Source of the DNA: Thermodesulfovibrionales bacterium
Lineage (GTDB): Bacteria; Nitrospirota; Thermodesulfovibrionia; Thermodesulfovibrionales; SM23-35
Assembly: GCA_963715195.1 (NCBI GenBank)
Contig: CAVQRT010000033.1
Span: 1-53,245, forward strand
Length of the DNA stretch: 53,245 bases
Reading direction: 5' to 3'
Position numbers and translations under genes: made by a program. Shown piece by piece: positions 9,118-19,432 of this stretch. The stretch's first letter is position 1. Each line of letters begins with the position of its first letter. The notes beneath the pieces were generated by a model. It was not told where the DNA came from, ran no database searches, and saw only the letters and a list, made by a program, of their open reading frames with translations.

Positions 9118-11808
9118 TCATATATTTATGAATTCCTCTTTTGTCCTTGAGATTACTTCAATGGCCCCAGTCGGGCAGACGCTGACACATTCGCCACACC
9201 TCACACATACGTTCTTTCTGATCTCGAAGGGCAGAAAGCCCTCGGACGGTTCGGCTGTCTTACCCTCAACGGCGTCGTATTTGCACCTCTTTTTGCAGGC
9301 ACCGCACGCTATGCACAAGTCCGGGTTTACCACATACTCTATGGAGCTGATGCATTCCCTCTTCGGACAGATGCCAGAGAGGTGGACCCTGAATTCTTCC
9401 GGTGAAGATTCAAGCAGTTCAGCGAGGAACCTGCCTGTATCTCTTCCTTTTTTGCAGTACGAGCCTTCAATCATATAAAACGCGATTCTCCTGAGCGCCT
9501 CAATGTCGGATTCATCGGCATCATCAAGATGCTGACTCAGTCTGATCAATCTGATCTTGGCTTCTTCTGTTCCCAGTGAGCATGGATAGCATCTGCTGCA
9601 CATCGGCCCTGCGATGAACTCCTCAACAAAGGTGAGGGCCCTCTGAACGGCACAGGCCTTTTCTTCAGCGTCTTTCCGTATTTCATCGACCGTTATGTCT
9701 TCGATTAACTCTTCTTGTGCGGCAAGCGACGGGACCTCGGGAACAATCCCTTTCCTGAGAAGCTTTGTCTCCTTTTCAAATTTTATAGCTCCCATCGGGC
9801 ATACCCTGAAACAATCACCGCATTTCTTGCAGAGAGTGCTGTCGACCATAAAACCCGTTGAAGTCTCTTTAATGGCATCAACCCGGCAGATATTGATGCA
9901 ATTTCTGCAAAAATAGCAGAGTTCTTTATCGATAAATACTACCGGCTGTTCATGGATCTCGATTGCACCGAGGGGACAGACCGCGAAGCAGGCCTTGCAT
10001 CTCTGACAGCGAACCTGATCGACATAAAACAGGCCTTCTTCCGATTCCCTGATCGCTTCATACGGACAGATGTCCATACACCGTTTGCATTGATAACAGA
10101 TATCAGCATTGATCAGTACCTGTCCAAGACCCTGGCAGACAAAAGCCCTGCAGTATTTGTCTCTCACGTGTTCTTCGTACTCGTCACGGAAATACTGAAT
10201 TGTCGTCAGAACAGGATTGGGTGCGCTTTTGCCGAGGCCGCAGAGGGAACTGTTTTTAACATACCGCCCCAGCTTTTCGAGCCTCTCGATGTCGCCTTCT
10301 TCCCCATGGCCCGAGGTTATTTTCTCAAGGATCTGCAGCATCTGATATGTTCCAATCCTACAGGGATAACATTTTCCGCACGACTCTGCCTGGCAAAAAG
10401 AGAGGAAAAATTTTGCTATATCGACTATGCAAGTATCTTCATCCATTACGACCATGCCGCCGGAACCCATGATCGAACCGATTTTAGCAAGAGAGTCAAA
10501 ATCGATCGGGAGATCAAGAAATTGTTCCGGGATGCACCCGCCGGACGGACCGCCCGTTTGGACCGCCTTAAATTTCTTATTGCCGATGATCCCTCCTCCG
10601 ATATCAAAAATGATCTCCCGCAGGGTTATTCCCATTGGAACTTCAACCAGTCCGGTATTATTCACCTTCCCGGTCAATGCAAAGACCTTTGTACCGGGTG
10701 AGGATGCCGTCCCTGTCTTCAAAAACCATGCGGCTCCTTTTTCAATGATCGGTGGCACACATACATAGGTCTCTATATTGTTCAGATTCGCGGGATACCC
10801 CCATGGCCCGCCTCCATGTTCAGATAGCCTGGGAGGTCTTGGACTCGGGAATCCGCGTTCACCCTCTAGGGAAGCAACAAGCGCCGTAGATTCACCGCAT
10901 ACAAAGGCGCCCGCACCTTCCCTCACCTGTACGGTAAAATTAAAACCCGTGCCCAGAATATCTTTCCCCAGAAGGCCCAAATCGCGGGCCTGGTCAATTG
11001 CAATCCGCAAATGCTTGACGGCGAGCGGATACTCGTGACGTACGTAAATAATCCCTTTTTGTGCGCCGATCGCATATGCGCAGATCATCATCCCCTCGAG
11101 AAGGCTGTGGGGATCACCCTCCATAATCGACCGGTCCATGAATGCACCGGGATCGCCCTCATCACCATTAGCTATAACCAATTTAACCGGATCGGGTGCT
11201 TTCATGGTATGTTCCCATTTCACTCCAGCCGGGAATCCTGCACCGCCCCTTCCCCGCAGGTTGGCTGCTTTTACCTCTGAGAGAACCTGCTGGGGGGTCA
11301 TTTTCGAAAGTGCTTTTTCCAGAGCCCTGTATCCCCCGACTGCAAGTGAATGGAGGATGTTCGCAGGATCAATCCTTCCGTTATTCCTCAGCGCAATTCT
11401 CTGCTGTTTTCGGTAAAAAGGCACATCATGAATAAAAAAAGCGGGTCTTTCTGTGAGGGAACGCCGGAAGAGGAGATCCCAAAGCGGTTTCTGGTTTATG
11501 GAGGTACGGAATACAACGTCCTCTGCTCTTTCGGGCCTCACCTTCTGATAGAAATAACCCTGAGGTTCTACCGTCATAACCGGACCCAGCTGACATAAGC
11601 CCTGACATCCGGTAGTGACAATTTCTATATCCGCCTTGTTTCTCTTCACCTCCGCATGGAGTTCATCGACCAATCGGATCGAATTATTGGCCCTGCACGC
11701 GGTACCACAGCAGACCTTTATTCGCTTCTTGTCAGGGGCTAAGACCCCCTCACTGGAAAGTTTCTTGCGGAGGGCGGCAAGGTCTTCAAAACTTTTTACT
11801 TTTTTCAT
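9118..11808 (-). CDS. NuoF/HydB-like NAD(P)H-FMN subunit with extra ferredoxin domains and a duplicated FeS module
   Basis: Thioredoxin-like [2Fe-2S] (CCGTAC...CQGLC), LRGRGGAGFP, GDEGDPGAFMDR, GGPSGG and ESCGKCYPC. Six ferredoxin-type Cys motifs and a second CSRCYPC...SYC module. Confidence 0.88.
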   Translation of the reverse strand: MKKVKSFEDLAALRKKLSSEGVLAPDKKRIKVCCGTACRANNSIRLVDELHAEVKRNKADIEIVTTGCQGLCQLGPVMTVEPQGYFYQKVRPERAEDVVFRTSINQKPLWDLLFRRSLTERPAFFIHDVPFYRKQQRIALRNNGRIDPANILHSLAVGGYRALEKALSKMTPQQVLSEVKAANLRGRGGAGFPAGVKWEHTMKAPDPVKLVIANGDEGDPGAFMDRSIMEGDPHSLLEGMMICAYAIGAQKGIIYVRHEYPLAVKHLRIAIDQARDLGLLGKDILGTGFNFTVQVREGAGAFVCGESTALVASLEGERGFPSPRPPRLSEHGGGPWGYPANLNNIETYVCVPPIIEKGAAWFLKTGTASSPGTKVFALTGKVNNTGLVEVPMGITLREIIFDIGGGIIGNKKFKAVQTGGPSGGCIPEQFLDLPIDFDSLAKIGSIMGSGGMVVMDEDTCIVDIAKFFLSFCQAESCGKCYPCRIGTYQMLQILEKITSGHGEEGDIERLEKLGRYVKNSSLCGLGKSAPNPVLTTIQYFRDEYEEHVRDKYCRAFVCQGLGQVLINADICYQCKRCMDICPYEAIRESEEGLFYVDQVRCQRCKACFAVCPLGAIEIHEQPVVFIDKELCYFCRNCINICRVDAIKETSTGFMVDSTLCKKCGDCFRVCPMGAIKFEKETKLLRKGIVPEVPSLAAQEELIEDITVDEIRKDAEEKACAVQRALTFVEEFIAGPMCSRCYPCSLGTEEAKIRLIRLSQHLDDADESDIEALRRIAFYMIEGSYCKKGRDTGRFLAELLESSPEEFRVHLSGICPKRECISSIEYVVNPDLCIACGACKKRCKYDAVEGKTAEPSEGFLPFEIRKNVCVRCGECVSVCPTGAIEVISRTKEEFINI

Positions 11809-11863
11809 GCCTTAATGACCTTTCGGTTTTCTATAAGCCTGACGTCCTGCTTCTGCAAGACGT

Positions 11864-12352
11864 CTATGCTTCTCTGAGTGAAAGAATCAGATTTTCTACC
11901 TTCCTGCTTCCGGTGATTTCACCCACGACAGCATCATTCACGGTTGCAACAGGGGCAAGTCCGCAGCAACCGACGCACCCTACGGTTTCCAATGTTAGAG
12001 CAAGGTCCCCGGTGGTTTCTCCGTTCTTGATATCAAATGCATTTTCCATGGCATCAAGAACCTTCTTCGAACCGCGAACGTAACAGGCTGTGCCAAGGCA
12101 TACCTTCACAATCTTTTTCCCCCGCGGCTTGAAATAGAACATTTTATAAAAACTTGCCACGCTGAATATCTCGGATAGGGAAAGATTGAGATGCCTTGCG
12201 AGTTCTTCGACCTCATTTTCAGGCAGGTAACCGGAATCCTCCTGGATCTGCTGCAGGGCTTGCACCAAGATCCCCTTCTTTTTTTCCTGATCGGTCAGGA
12301 GGTCACCGATCTCCCCTATTTGCTCATCGACCAGTATCGTTTCTATCTGCAT
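11864..12352 (-). CDS. NuoE/HydC-like [2Fe-2S] subunit
   Basis: VASFY, VCLGTACYVRG and CVGCCGLAP. Confidence 0.9.
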   Translation of the reverse strand: MQIETILVDEQIGEIGDLLTDQEKKKGILVQALQQIQEDSGYLPENEVEELARHLNLSLSEIFSVASFYKMFYFKPRGKKIVKVCLGTACYVRGSKKVLDAMENAFDIKNGETTGDLALTLETVGCVGCCGLAPVATVNDAVVGEITGSRKVENLILSLREA

Positions 12353-12462
12353 AAATCCTCCGGTTTTTTGTGTCAGGCAAATAGTTTGCTGTGCTGATTT
12401 AGCTACATTGTATAATGATTTTCTTCACATTTGCAATACACGTGGCTAAACATTGAATTTAT

Positions 12463-12491
12463 TTGACTAAATTTTCTGACTCTTTTATAGT
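12463..12491 (+). promoter_or_regulatory. Sigma-70 promoter of the yicC operon
   Basis: TTGACT-17-TATAGT, ending 10 nt before the yicC ATG. Confidence 0.6.
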
Positions 12492-12501
12492 GTAAATCAC
12501 C

Positions 12502-13350
12502 ATGGTACAGAGCATGACAGGCTTCGGAAGCGCATCGGATGCTGACTTTTCCATAGAGATACGCTCGCTGAATCACCGGTTTATCGATATCTCGATCAAG
12601 ATGCCCCCATGCATGAACCAGCATGAGATACCTCTGAGGAATATTCTGAAAGAACATTTCGCGCGTGGGAGATTTGACATATTCATTTCACTCAATGAGC
12701 AAAAGCAGCCCCGGGTGCAATGGGACAGGGCACGGGCTGAGAACCTGCTTGCCACCCTTCAGGATATCCAGAAAGAGTTCTCTCTGCCCGGCAGGATAAC
12801 CATACAGACACTCTCTGAGTACCGGGATCTCCTGACAGAAGAGGAATCTTCGTACAATAGTGAAGCCTTATACCGCTTGTTTCACACGGCGATCCTCAGC
12901 CTCCGGGAGATGAGAATCCGGGAGGGGAATCTTCTTTCCGAAGAAATCCGTAAGCGGGCCGCCTTACTCGGGAATATGATCGAAACGATAAAAGAACGGG
13001 CACCCGATGAGCTTGTCCGGTGGCGAGAAAAATTCACTGCGCGGCTGAGTTTGATAGTCGATGCCGGGATGATGGATAATAGTAGAATCCTCCAGGAGGC
13101 TGCCATCATGGCGGAAAAACTGGATATCTCCGAGGAAGTAAGCAGAATAGAAAATCATCTGAAGCAGTTTGGAGAGATTCTTGATTCCGGGGATATCGTG
13201 GGGAAAAAACTTGATTTTCTCCTTCAGGAACTGAACAGAGAAGTGAATACCCTCGCTTGCAAATCCGCAGAATATGCAATTTCAGCCGTTGTCGTAGAGA
13301 TGAAGACAGAGCTCGAAAAAATGAGGGAACAGGCGCAGAATATCCAGTGA
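12502..13350 (+). CDS. yicC: YicC/YloC family endoribonuclease
   Basis: [29 protein letters not shown] and [10 protein letters not shown]. Conserved yicC-remA-gmk-rpoZ-coaBC order. Confidence 0.93.
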   Translation: MVQSMTGFGSASDADFSIEIRSLNHRFIDISIKMPPCMNQHEIPLRNILKEHFARGRFDIFISLNEQKQPRVQWDRARAENLLATLQDIQKEFSLPGRITIQTLSEYRDLLTEEESSYNSEALYRLFHTAILSLREMRIREGNLLSEEIRKRAALLGNMIETIKERAPDELVRWREKFTARLSLIVDAGMMDNSRILQEAAIMAEKLDISEEVSRIENHLKQFGEILDSGDIVGKKLDFLLQELNREVNTLACKSAEYAISAVVVEMKTELEKMREQAQNIQ

Positions 13351-13393
13351 ATTATTAACCAAAAAAATGCAGAGGATGGTTAGGAGGATGAAG

Positions 13394-13678
13394 ATGAAGA
13401 AAGGTGATTTGAGTCCCATACTCGTCAATATAGGGTTTGGGAATGTTGTTGCAGCATCGAAGGTCGTTGCAATCGTGACGCCGGGGTCTGCGCCGATGAA
13501 GAGGCTTCGTGAGGAAGCAAAAAAGGCCGGCAGACTGGTTGATGCAACAGAGGGCAGGCGGACCCGCTCGATCATCGTGACCGACAGCAACCATATCATC
13601 CTGTCTGCAATACAGGCAGAGACCATTACCCAGCGGTTCTTTGAGGAAAAAGACAGTAGTGCTGGCGAAGAAGAATAG
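13394..13678 (+). CDS. remA: DUF370 / RemA family protein
   Basis: NIGFGNVV...SAPMKRL...[10 protein letters not shown]...[17 protein letters not shown] before ATG 13394. Confidence 0.9.
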   Translation: MKKGDLSPILVNIGFGNVVAASKVVAIVTPGSAPMKRLREEAKKAGRLVDATEGRRTRSIIVTDSNHIILSAIQAETITQRFFEEKDSSAGEEE

Positions 13679-14325
13679 AGGCACGCCTCTTTATCGTTTC
13701 TGCACCGTCCGGAGCAGGGAAAACAACGTTATGCACCAGGGTGCTCTCTCTCATCCCCAATCTCCGGTTTTCAGTATCTTATACAACCCGCGAGCCCAGG
13801 GCAGGGGAAATAATGGACCGGGACTATACCTTTATTTCGCGGAAGAGGTTTCAATCAATGACCGAAAAGGAAGAGTTTCTTGAGTGGGCTGAGGTTCACG
13901 GAGAACTGTATGGCACTTCAAAAACCAGGCTCGAGGCACTCACAGCTTCAGGCATCGACGTCTTGCTTGACATCGACACCCAGGGGGCGCTGCAGATAAA
14001 AAAGAGAGTCCGGGAAGGTGTATACATATTTATACTCCCGCCTTCACTTGCCGTACTGAAAACAAGGCTCGAAAAGCGCTTGACCGATTCACCGGACCAG
14101 ATAGTCAGGAGACTCCGGGCAGCCCTCTCTGAAATAAAAACGTATGAACAGTATGACTATGTTATAATTAACGACACCTTTGAGGATGCGCTCAGGGAGC
14201 TGGCGTCAATCCTCATCGCCCGGAGGGCATCTGTCAGCGCTATCGACCCCCTCTGGATCAGGAAACAATTTTTCAATCAGGAGGAGGAATACTATGGAAA
14301 TCATATCGCTTCCGATCGAGTATGA
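13659..14325 (+). CDS. gmk: Guanylate kinase (frameshift near 13686)
   Basis: P-loop [24 protein letters not shown] and LDIDTQG. The GTG start at 13659 is one frame off. Confidence 0.9.
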
Positions 14326-14695
14326 CCATCAGAAGATTGACGGAAGATTCAGAGTTATTGCGATAGCATCTCAGAGGGCCAAAGAACTTGCAGTCGGAGT
14401 ACAACCCAAAATCAAAACAAAATCCAGGAAAGTCACCACAATCGCCCTCGAAGAGACAATCAGCAACAGCCTCGAGTTCCTCACAGGTGAGCAGGCGAAA
14501 AAGGCAAAGGAAGAGGCTCAGAGGTTCGACTACCGGAAGCTTCTCGAAGAGAAAAGGAGAGAGATGACCGGTGAAGATATGACGGAATTCGAAAAAGATT
14601 TGAAAGTCTATCTCCATGAGAAGAAGGAAACAGTGGATAAAAAAGCTCTGGAAGGACTCTTCATTGAAAAACAAGAGGAAGGTACTGAGGAATAA
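14294..14695 (+). CDS. rpoZ: RNA polymerase omega subunit with C-terminal extension
   Basis: RFRVIAIASQRAKEL...KVTTIALEE. SD GAGGAGG. Lies between gmk and coaBC. Confidence 0.88.
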   Translation: MEIISLPIEYDHQKIDGRFRVIAIASQRAKELAVGVQPKIKTKSRKVTTIALEETISNSLEFLTGEQAKKAKEEAQRFDYRKLLEEKRREMTGEDMTEFEKDLKVYLHEKKETVDKKALEGLFIEKQEEGTEE

Positions 14696-15854
14696 ATCTG
14701 TACTCCTTGGCATTTCCGGTGGAGTTTCTGCCTACAAATCCATCGATCTCGCAAGAAGACTCCGTGAAGAAGGTGCACTGGTCAACGTAATCATGACAGA
14801 GGCTGCAAAGCACTTTGTCACGCCGCTGTCTCTCGAAGTTGCCTCCCGAAATACGGTCTATACAGACCTCTATGCTTCTCCCATGGCTCATATATCGCTT
14901 CCGGCGGATGCAGATATCATGGTTGTCGCACCTGCGACAGCTAACACAATAGGAAAATTCGCTCACGGAATTGCTGATGATCTGCTTAGCCTGAGCTTTC
15001 TCTCGTTCAAAGGAAATGTTGTCATTGCGCCGGCAATGAACTGGAGGATGTACGGGCATCCCGTCTTCCAGCGGAATCTCGACACTCTTCTGCAGCTCGG
15101 CATCATACAGGCAGGCCCCGAGAAGGGCTCACTGGCATGCGGTGAGGAAGGAATCGGCAGGATGGCTGAAGTTCCTGACATCATTGAAGTAGTCAAGGGA
15201 GCTCTTACCGCAAAGGACTTTGCCGATGAACGTGTCCTGGTAACTGCAGGCCCCACCCGTGAATATCTCGATCCCGTCAGATTCTTGTCGAACAGATCAT
15301 CCGGCAAAATGGGATATGCCCTTGCCAGGGCTGCCCTCAGGCGGGGGGCACAGGTCACCCTGATAAGCGGCCCTTCTGCATTGCCGCAGCCGAAAGGCAT
15401 CACATTCATTCCTGTTGAGACAGCCGGAGACCTGCAATCTGCTGTGCACCGGGAACTTCCTTCTTCAACTGTCCTTCTTATGGCTGCTGCTGTTTCTGAT
15501 TTCGTGCCGCCGAAAAAGTCCGATGAGAAGATCGAGAAATCTGATGAACTCTCCCTTAAATTGGTTCTCGCACCGGATATCCTCTCAGAAGCGGGCAGGA
15601 GAGAAAGCAAGTCGTTTCTCGTTGGTTTTGCGGCAGAAACAGGTCAGCAGATCAACAAGGCACGAAAGAAATTACAGGATAAGAACATTGATTTAATCGT
15701 ATTCAACGACGTGACCGAACCCGGCTCCGGGTTTGATGTCGACACGAACAAAGTCGTCCTTATAGACAGGGGCAGAGAAACAGCGCTCCCTCTCCTCAAT
15801 AAAGATGAAGTTGCCGATGCTATTCTGGACAGAATCGCAGAGCTCAGAGCTTGA
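14664..15854 (+). CDS. coaBC: Phosphopantothenoylcysteine decarboxylase/ligase (start uncertain)
   Basis: GISGGVSAYK, APATAN, PAMN, LACGEEG, TAGPTREYLDPVRFLSNRSSGKMG and GFAAET. Confidence 0.95.
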   Translation: MKNKRKVLRNKSVLLGISGGVSAYKSIDLARRLREEGALVNVIMTEAAKHFVTPLSLEVASRNTVYTDLYASPMAHISLPADADIMVVAPATANTIGKFAHGIADDLLSLSFLSFKGNVVIAPAMNWRMYGHPVFQRNLDTLLQLGIIQAGPEKGSLACGEEGIGRMAEVPDIIEVVKGALTAKDFADERVLVTAGPTREYLDPVRFLSNRSSGKMGYALARAALRRGAQVTLISGPSALPQPKGITFIPVETAGDLQSAVHRELPSSTVLLMAAAVSDFVPPKKSDEKIEKSDELSLKLVLAPDILSEAGRRESKSFLVGFAAETGQQINKARKKLQDKNIDLIVFNDVTEPGSGFDVDTNKVVLIDRGRETALPLLNKDEVADAILDRIAELRA

Positions 15855-15890
15855 CTTTTCCCCCTGATATGATGACAATTTGAGCATACC

Positions 15891-16727
15891 ATGTCACGGG
15901 AAGATATCGAAAGATTACAGCAAAAGATTGCAAAAGACCCCGATTCCAAACTGTTTGTACCTCTTGCTGAAGAATACAAAAAAGCAGGCATGGTTGAAGA
16001 AGCGATCAGGATCCTCGTTGAAGGCCTCGAAAAACAGCCGCAATATCTCAGCGCCCGCGTCTCGCTCGGTAAAATTTATATGGGCAAAGGGTTGCTCAGT
16101 GAGGCAAAAGAGGAGTTTCAGAAGGTTATTGGAATCATCCCTGACAATTTATACGCCCATAAAAAGCTAGCCGAAATTTACCTGGAACGCGGGGAAAGAG
16201 ACCAGACCATCAGTGAACTGAAGGTGGTACTGAATCTCAATCCGGCTGACGAGTGGGGGATTTCCACTCTTTCTGCTATCGAAAAAGAATCGAAGCAGAT
16301 TCCTGAAGAGCCGCCGGGTCAGGAGATTACCGGGTTCTCTGAAGCTTCCCCTGAAGTGACCACAGAGGTTCCGGAAGAACTTGAAATGCTTCAGGACACC
16401 GCTCAAGGCGAAGGAGCCACAGTCGAACAGCATGAAGATGAAGCATTTCAGTCATATGAAACCGGAGCAGCAGAACAGGCGCCTGAACAGAATCCCATCC
16501 TTGAGGCTGAAAACTGTATCAAACAGAGCAGGTTCAACGAGGCGATGGATATTTATAAGACCATCCTCTTCGAAGACCCTGAGAATACACCGGTCCTGCA
16601 GCGCATGGCCGAGCTGAAAGGGCTTTTCAAGATACTCGGCAAAGATCAGGAAGCGCATATTGCGCATCTCGAGAGCTTCCTCGAGGGAATAAAAAAGCGG
16701 AGAGACGAGTTCTTCGGCAGCACCTGA
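15891..16727 (+). CDS. TPR-repeat protein
   Basis: DPDSKLFVPLAEEY N-terminus, TPRs and an acidic linker. TTGACT-17-GACAAT upstream (15851-15879). Confidence 0.8.
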   Translation: MSREDIERLQQKIAKDPDSKLFVPLAEEYKKAGMVEEAIRILVEGLEKQPQYLSARVSLGKIYMGKGLLSEAKEEFQKVIGIIPDNLYAHKKLAEIYLERGERDQTISELKVVLNLNPADEWGISTLSAIEKESKQIPEEPPGQEITGFSEASPEVTTEVPEELEMLQDTAQGEGATVEQHEDEAFQSYETGAAEQAPEQNPILEAENCIKQSRFNEAMDIYKTILFEDPENTPVLQRMAELKGLFKILGKDQEAHIAHLESFLEGIKKRRDEFFGST

Positions 16728-16768
16728 AGACAAAGGAGGAAATTCTGGCTAAATCAAAAACGCAGAGT

Positions 16769-17200
16769 GTGAAAGTACTGGTCATTCACGGCCCCAATCT
16801 GAACCTTCTCGGCACAAGGGAGACATCGGTCTATGGAATAAAATCTCTTGAAGCAGTGAATAGGGATATCGATGCTCTTGCTGCAGAACTGAATATCGAG
16901 GTAAAAATCGCACAGATGAATAGTGAAGGAGAGATATTAGCCCTCATTCATAAAAATGATTATGACGCCCTGATCATCAATCCGGCAGCGTATACCCACA
17001 CAAGCGTTGCAATACGGGATGCAATTGCCGGAGTCGGTAAACCCGCTATAGAGGTACATCTGTCAAATATCCACAAACGGGAAGAGTTCAGACGGAAATC
17101 ATACATCGCTGAAGTCGCTCACGGACAAATAAGCGGCTTCGGTCCGGAGAGTTATCTCCTTGCCCTCCGTGCGGTGAAAACCATCCTCCCAAAACGGTAG
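16769..17200 (+). CDS. aroQ: Type II 3-dehydroquinate dehydratase
   Basis: HGPNLNLLGTRE, INPAAYTHTS and EVHLSNIHKREEFR. Confidence 0.96.
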   Translation: MKVLVIHGPNLNLLGTRETSVYGIKSLEAVNRDIDALAAELNIEVKIAQMNSEGEILALIHKNDYDALIINPAAYTHTSVAIRDAIAGVGKPAIEVHLSNIHKREEFRRKSYIAEVAHGQISGFGPESYLLALRAVKTILPKR

Positions 17201-17252
17201 CACCATCTCAGGCGATATGGGAGAAATATCTCATATTACACTTGCACCAACA

Positions 17253-18326
17253 ATGTCTGCACTTTTTGGATCAAGACTCTCTCTTATCAGGGAAACCCTG
17301 AAAAAGAAAAAAATCGATAGTTTCCTCGTTACTGACATGACAAACATCCGCTATCTCACCGGGTTTTCCGGTTCCTCCGGGTTCCTTTTCCTTACAGAAA
17401 AAGAGCACGTCTTCGCGACCGACTTCAGATATAAGGATCAGTCTCAGCAAGAGGTGAAGGGATGGGACATCATTATTGAAACGGGCAACAGGATCCAGAC
17501 CATTAAGAGCCTTTGCAGGAAGACCGGCACAAAGAACCTCGGCTTTGAATCCTCTATATCCTATCTGTTCTACAGGCAAATATGCCGGCAGGGATTTCAG
17601 ACAACCGCAACCGACCACCTAATCGAACGGTTGAGGGCGATAAAGACTTCGGCTGAGATCGATCTTATGAAGAAAGCTGTGAGCAGGGCTGAAGAGGCAT
17701 TTCTTGATGTGAAACCTTTTATCCGGGAAGGTACACGGGAGCGTGCAGTTGCATTGCGCCTTGGGAATCGCTTGCGGAAAAAGGGATGCAGGAATATTCC
17801 CTTTGAGATTATCGTTGCATCAGGTTCCCTTTCAGCCCTGCCCCATGCAACACCGACAGACAAAAAACTCCAAAAAGGAGACTTGATTATCATCGACTGG
17901 GGCGGTGAGGCTGACGGTTACTATTCTGATATGACGCGAACATTCCTTATCAGGGGACAGAATCTCAGCAGGCAGAAAGAGCTTTATCAGATTGTTCTGG
18001 AGGCGAACAGAAAGGCAACATCTGCAGTCGTTCCGGGCATTTCAGCAAAACAGATAGACAGCGCTGCACGCACGTACATCAGCAATGCAGGGTACGGCGG
18101 GCTGTTCGGCCATGGCACAGGCCATGGTGTCGGACTCCAGGTGCATGAATTACCCCGAATTTCGTGGAACAAGAGCGTGACTGTAAGGGAAAATATGGTC
18201 TTTACGATTGAGCCCGGTATTTATCTCCCCGGATTTGGAGGCGTCCGGATAGAAGATATGGTAGTTGTCAGAAAAAAGAAAGGTGAGGTGCTGACGTCGC
18301 TCAGGAGAGAACTGGAGATCCTTTAA
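17253..18326 (+). CDS. Xaa-Pro peptidase (M24B); alternative start 17217
   Basis: RYLTGFSGS, DFRY, YYSDMTRT, HGTGHGVGLQVHE, TIEPGIY and GVRIED. Confidence 0.92.
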   Translation: MSALFGSRLSLIRETLKKKKIDSFLVTDMTNIRYLTGFSGSSGFLFLTEKEHVFATDFRYKDQSQQEVKGWDIIIETGNRIQTIKSLCRKTGTKNLGFESSISYLFYRQICRQGFQTTATDHLIERLRAIKTSAEIDLMKKAVSRAEEAFLDVKPFIREGTRERAVALRLGNRLRKKGCRNIPFEIIVASGSLSALPHATPTDKKLQKGDLIIIDWGGEADGYYSDMTRTFLIRGQNLSRQKELYQIVLEANRKATSAVVPGISAKQIDSAARTYISNAGYGGLFGHGTGHGVGLQVHELPRISWNKSVTVRENMVFTIEPGIYLPGFGGVRIEDMVVVRKKKGEVLTSLRRELEIL

Positions 18327-18733
18327 CCTAACCTGTTAAGGTCTGGATAGTCTCTCACATTCTTCCTGAATTCCGCCTCTCTTTGATCCCCTATAACGAT
18401 GCGGATCAACTGAAAGCCCGCATTAATAAAAAGTCTGATACTTATATGGGTTATGCCCTAAAATCAACTCTCCCAGTCGGTATTTCTTTTGCATCAGTTC
18501 CCACCGTAATCAACAAATAACCTCTTACGATCTTAAGAAACGATTTTTGCTATTGTTACAAAAAGATCAAAAGAATATAATTCTTGAAAAAAGACAAGAT
18601 AAGAGGTATCTTGTCTCAGGAAATATCATTGTAGTGTTTAAGCATGCTGAAGCAAGTTATTGTCCATATATTCCGTATATATGCCTATCTAATTACATGC
18701 TTAAAAATTTTCTGGGAAGGATAAGTTTCTGAC

Positions 18734-19426
18734 GTGGATCACGAGAAAATATTAGTTGTTGAAGATGAGAAGAGAATCGCGGATATCGTCAAGGCATATC
18801 TTGAACGCGAAGGCTACCAGGTAACCATTGCTTCAACTGGCAAGTCTGCTGTAAGTTTACTCAGTGAAGGATTCGACCTGGTCATTCTTGACCTCATGTT
18901 ACCGGATATAGACGGAGAGACAATTTGTGCCTCTCTCCGGGAGATCTCGAACGTTCCTGTCATCATGCTTACGGCAAAAAGTTCTGAGGATGACAGGGTG
19001 AAGGGTCTCGGCATAGGAGCCGATGACTACGTAGTAAAGCCGTTCAGTGCAAAAGAACTTGTTGCACGCGTTAAGGCACATTTGAGACGGACTGCGGGTG
19101 CCAAAAAGAGAGCGCTTTCATTTAATAGCGGGACCCTCATGATCAATCCTGCCACACAAGAGGTGAAAAAACACAATATGCCTGTTTCACTAACCCCCAC
19201 TGAATTCAAAATATTGTTGCAGATTGCAGATAACCCTCAGGTTGTTTTCAGCAGATTGCAGATAATCAATCTTGTTCAGGGATTCGACTTCGAAGGATTC
19301 GACAGGGTTGTCGATGCGCACATCAAGAATCTCAGACAGAAGATTGAGGACAACCCCCGAACTCCTCTCTTCATAAAAACTGTTTATGGGAGTGGATATA
19401 AGTTCATCGGTATTCCCGATGCATAA
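18734..19426 (+). CDS. OmpR-family response regulator
   Basis: VVEDE, LDLMLP and KPFS, plus winged-helix motifs DAHIKNLRQK and TVYGSGY. Confidence 0.93.
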   Translation: MDHEKILVVEDEKRIADIVKAYLEREGYQVTIASTGKSAVSLLSEGFDLVILDLMLPDIDGETICASLREISNVPVIMLTAKSSEDDRVKGLGIGADDYVVKPFSAKELVARVKAHLRRTAGAKKRALSFNSGTLMINPATQEVKKHNMPVSLTPTEFKILLQIADNPQVVFSRLQIINLVQGFDFEGFDRVVDAHIKNLRQKIEDNPRTPLFIKTVYGSGYKFIGIPDA

Positions 19427-19432
19427 TGAGAT

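Noticed and set aside
8406..10701. Long plus-strand ORFs (8406-9131, 9952-10701) and the other antisense ORFs in the track
   Set aside because: They are shadows of well-supported genes on the opposite strand and carry no recognisable motifs.
13659..13741. gmk as a pseudogene or programmed frameshift
   Set aside because: gmk is normally essential. There is a single extra base, no slippery motif, and similar indels elsewhere, so a sequencing error is more likely.
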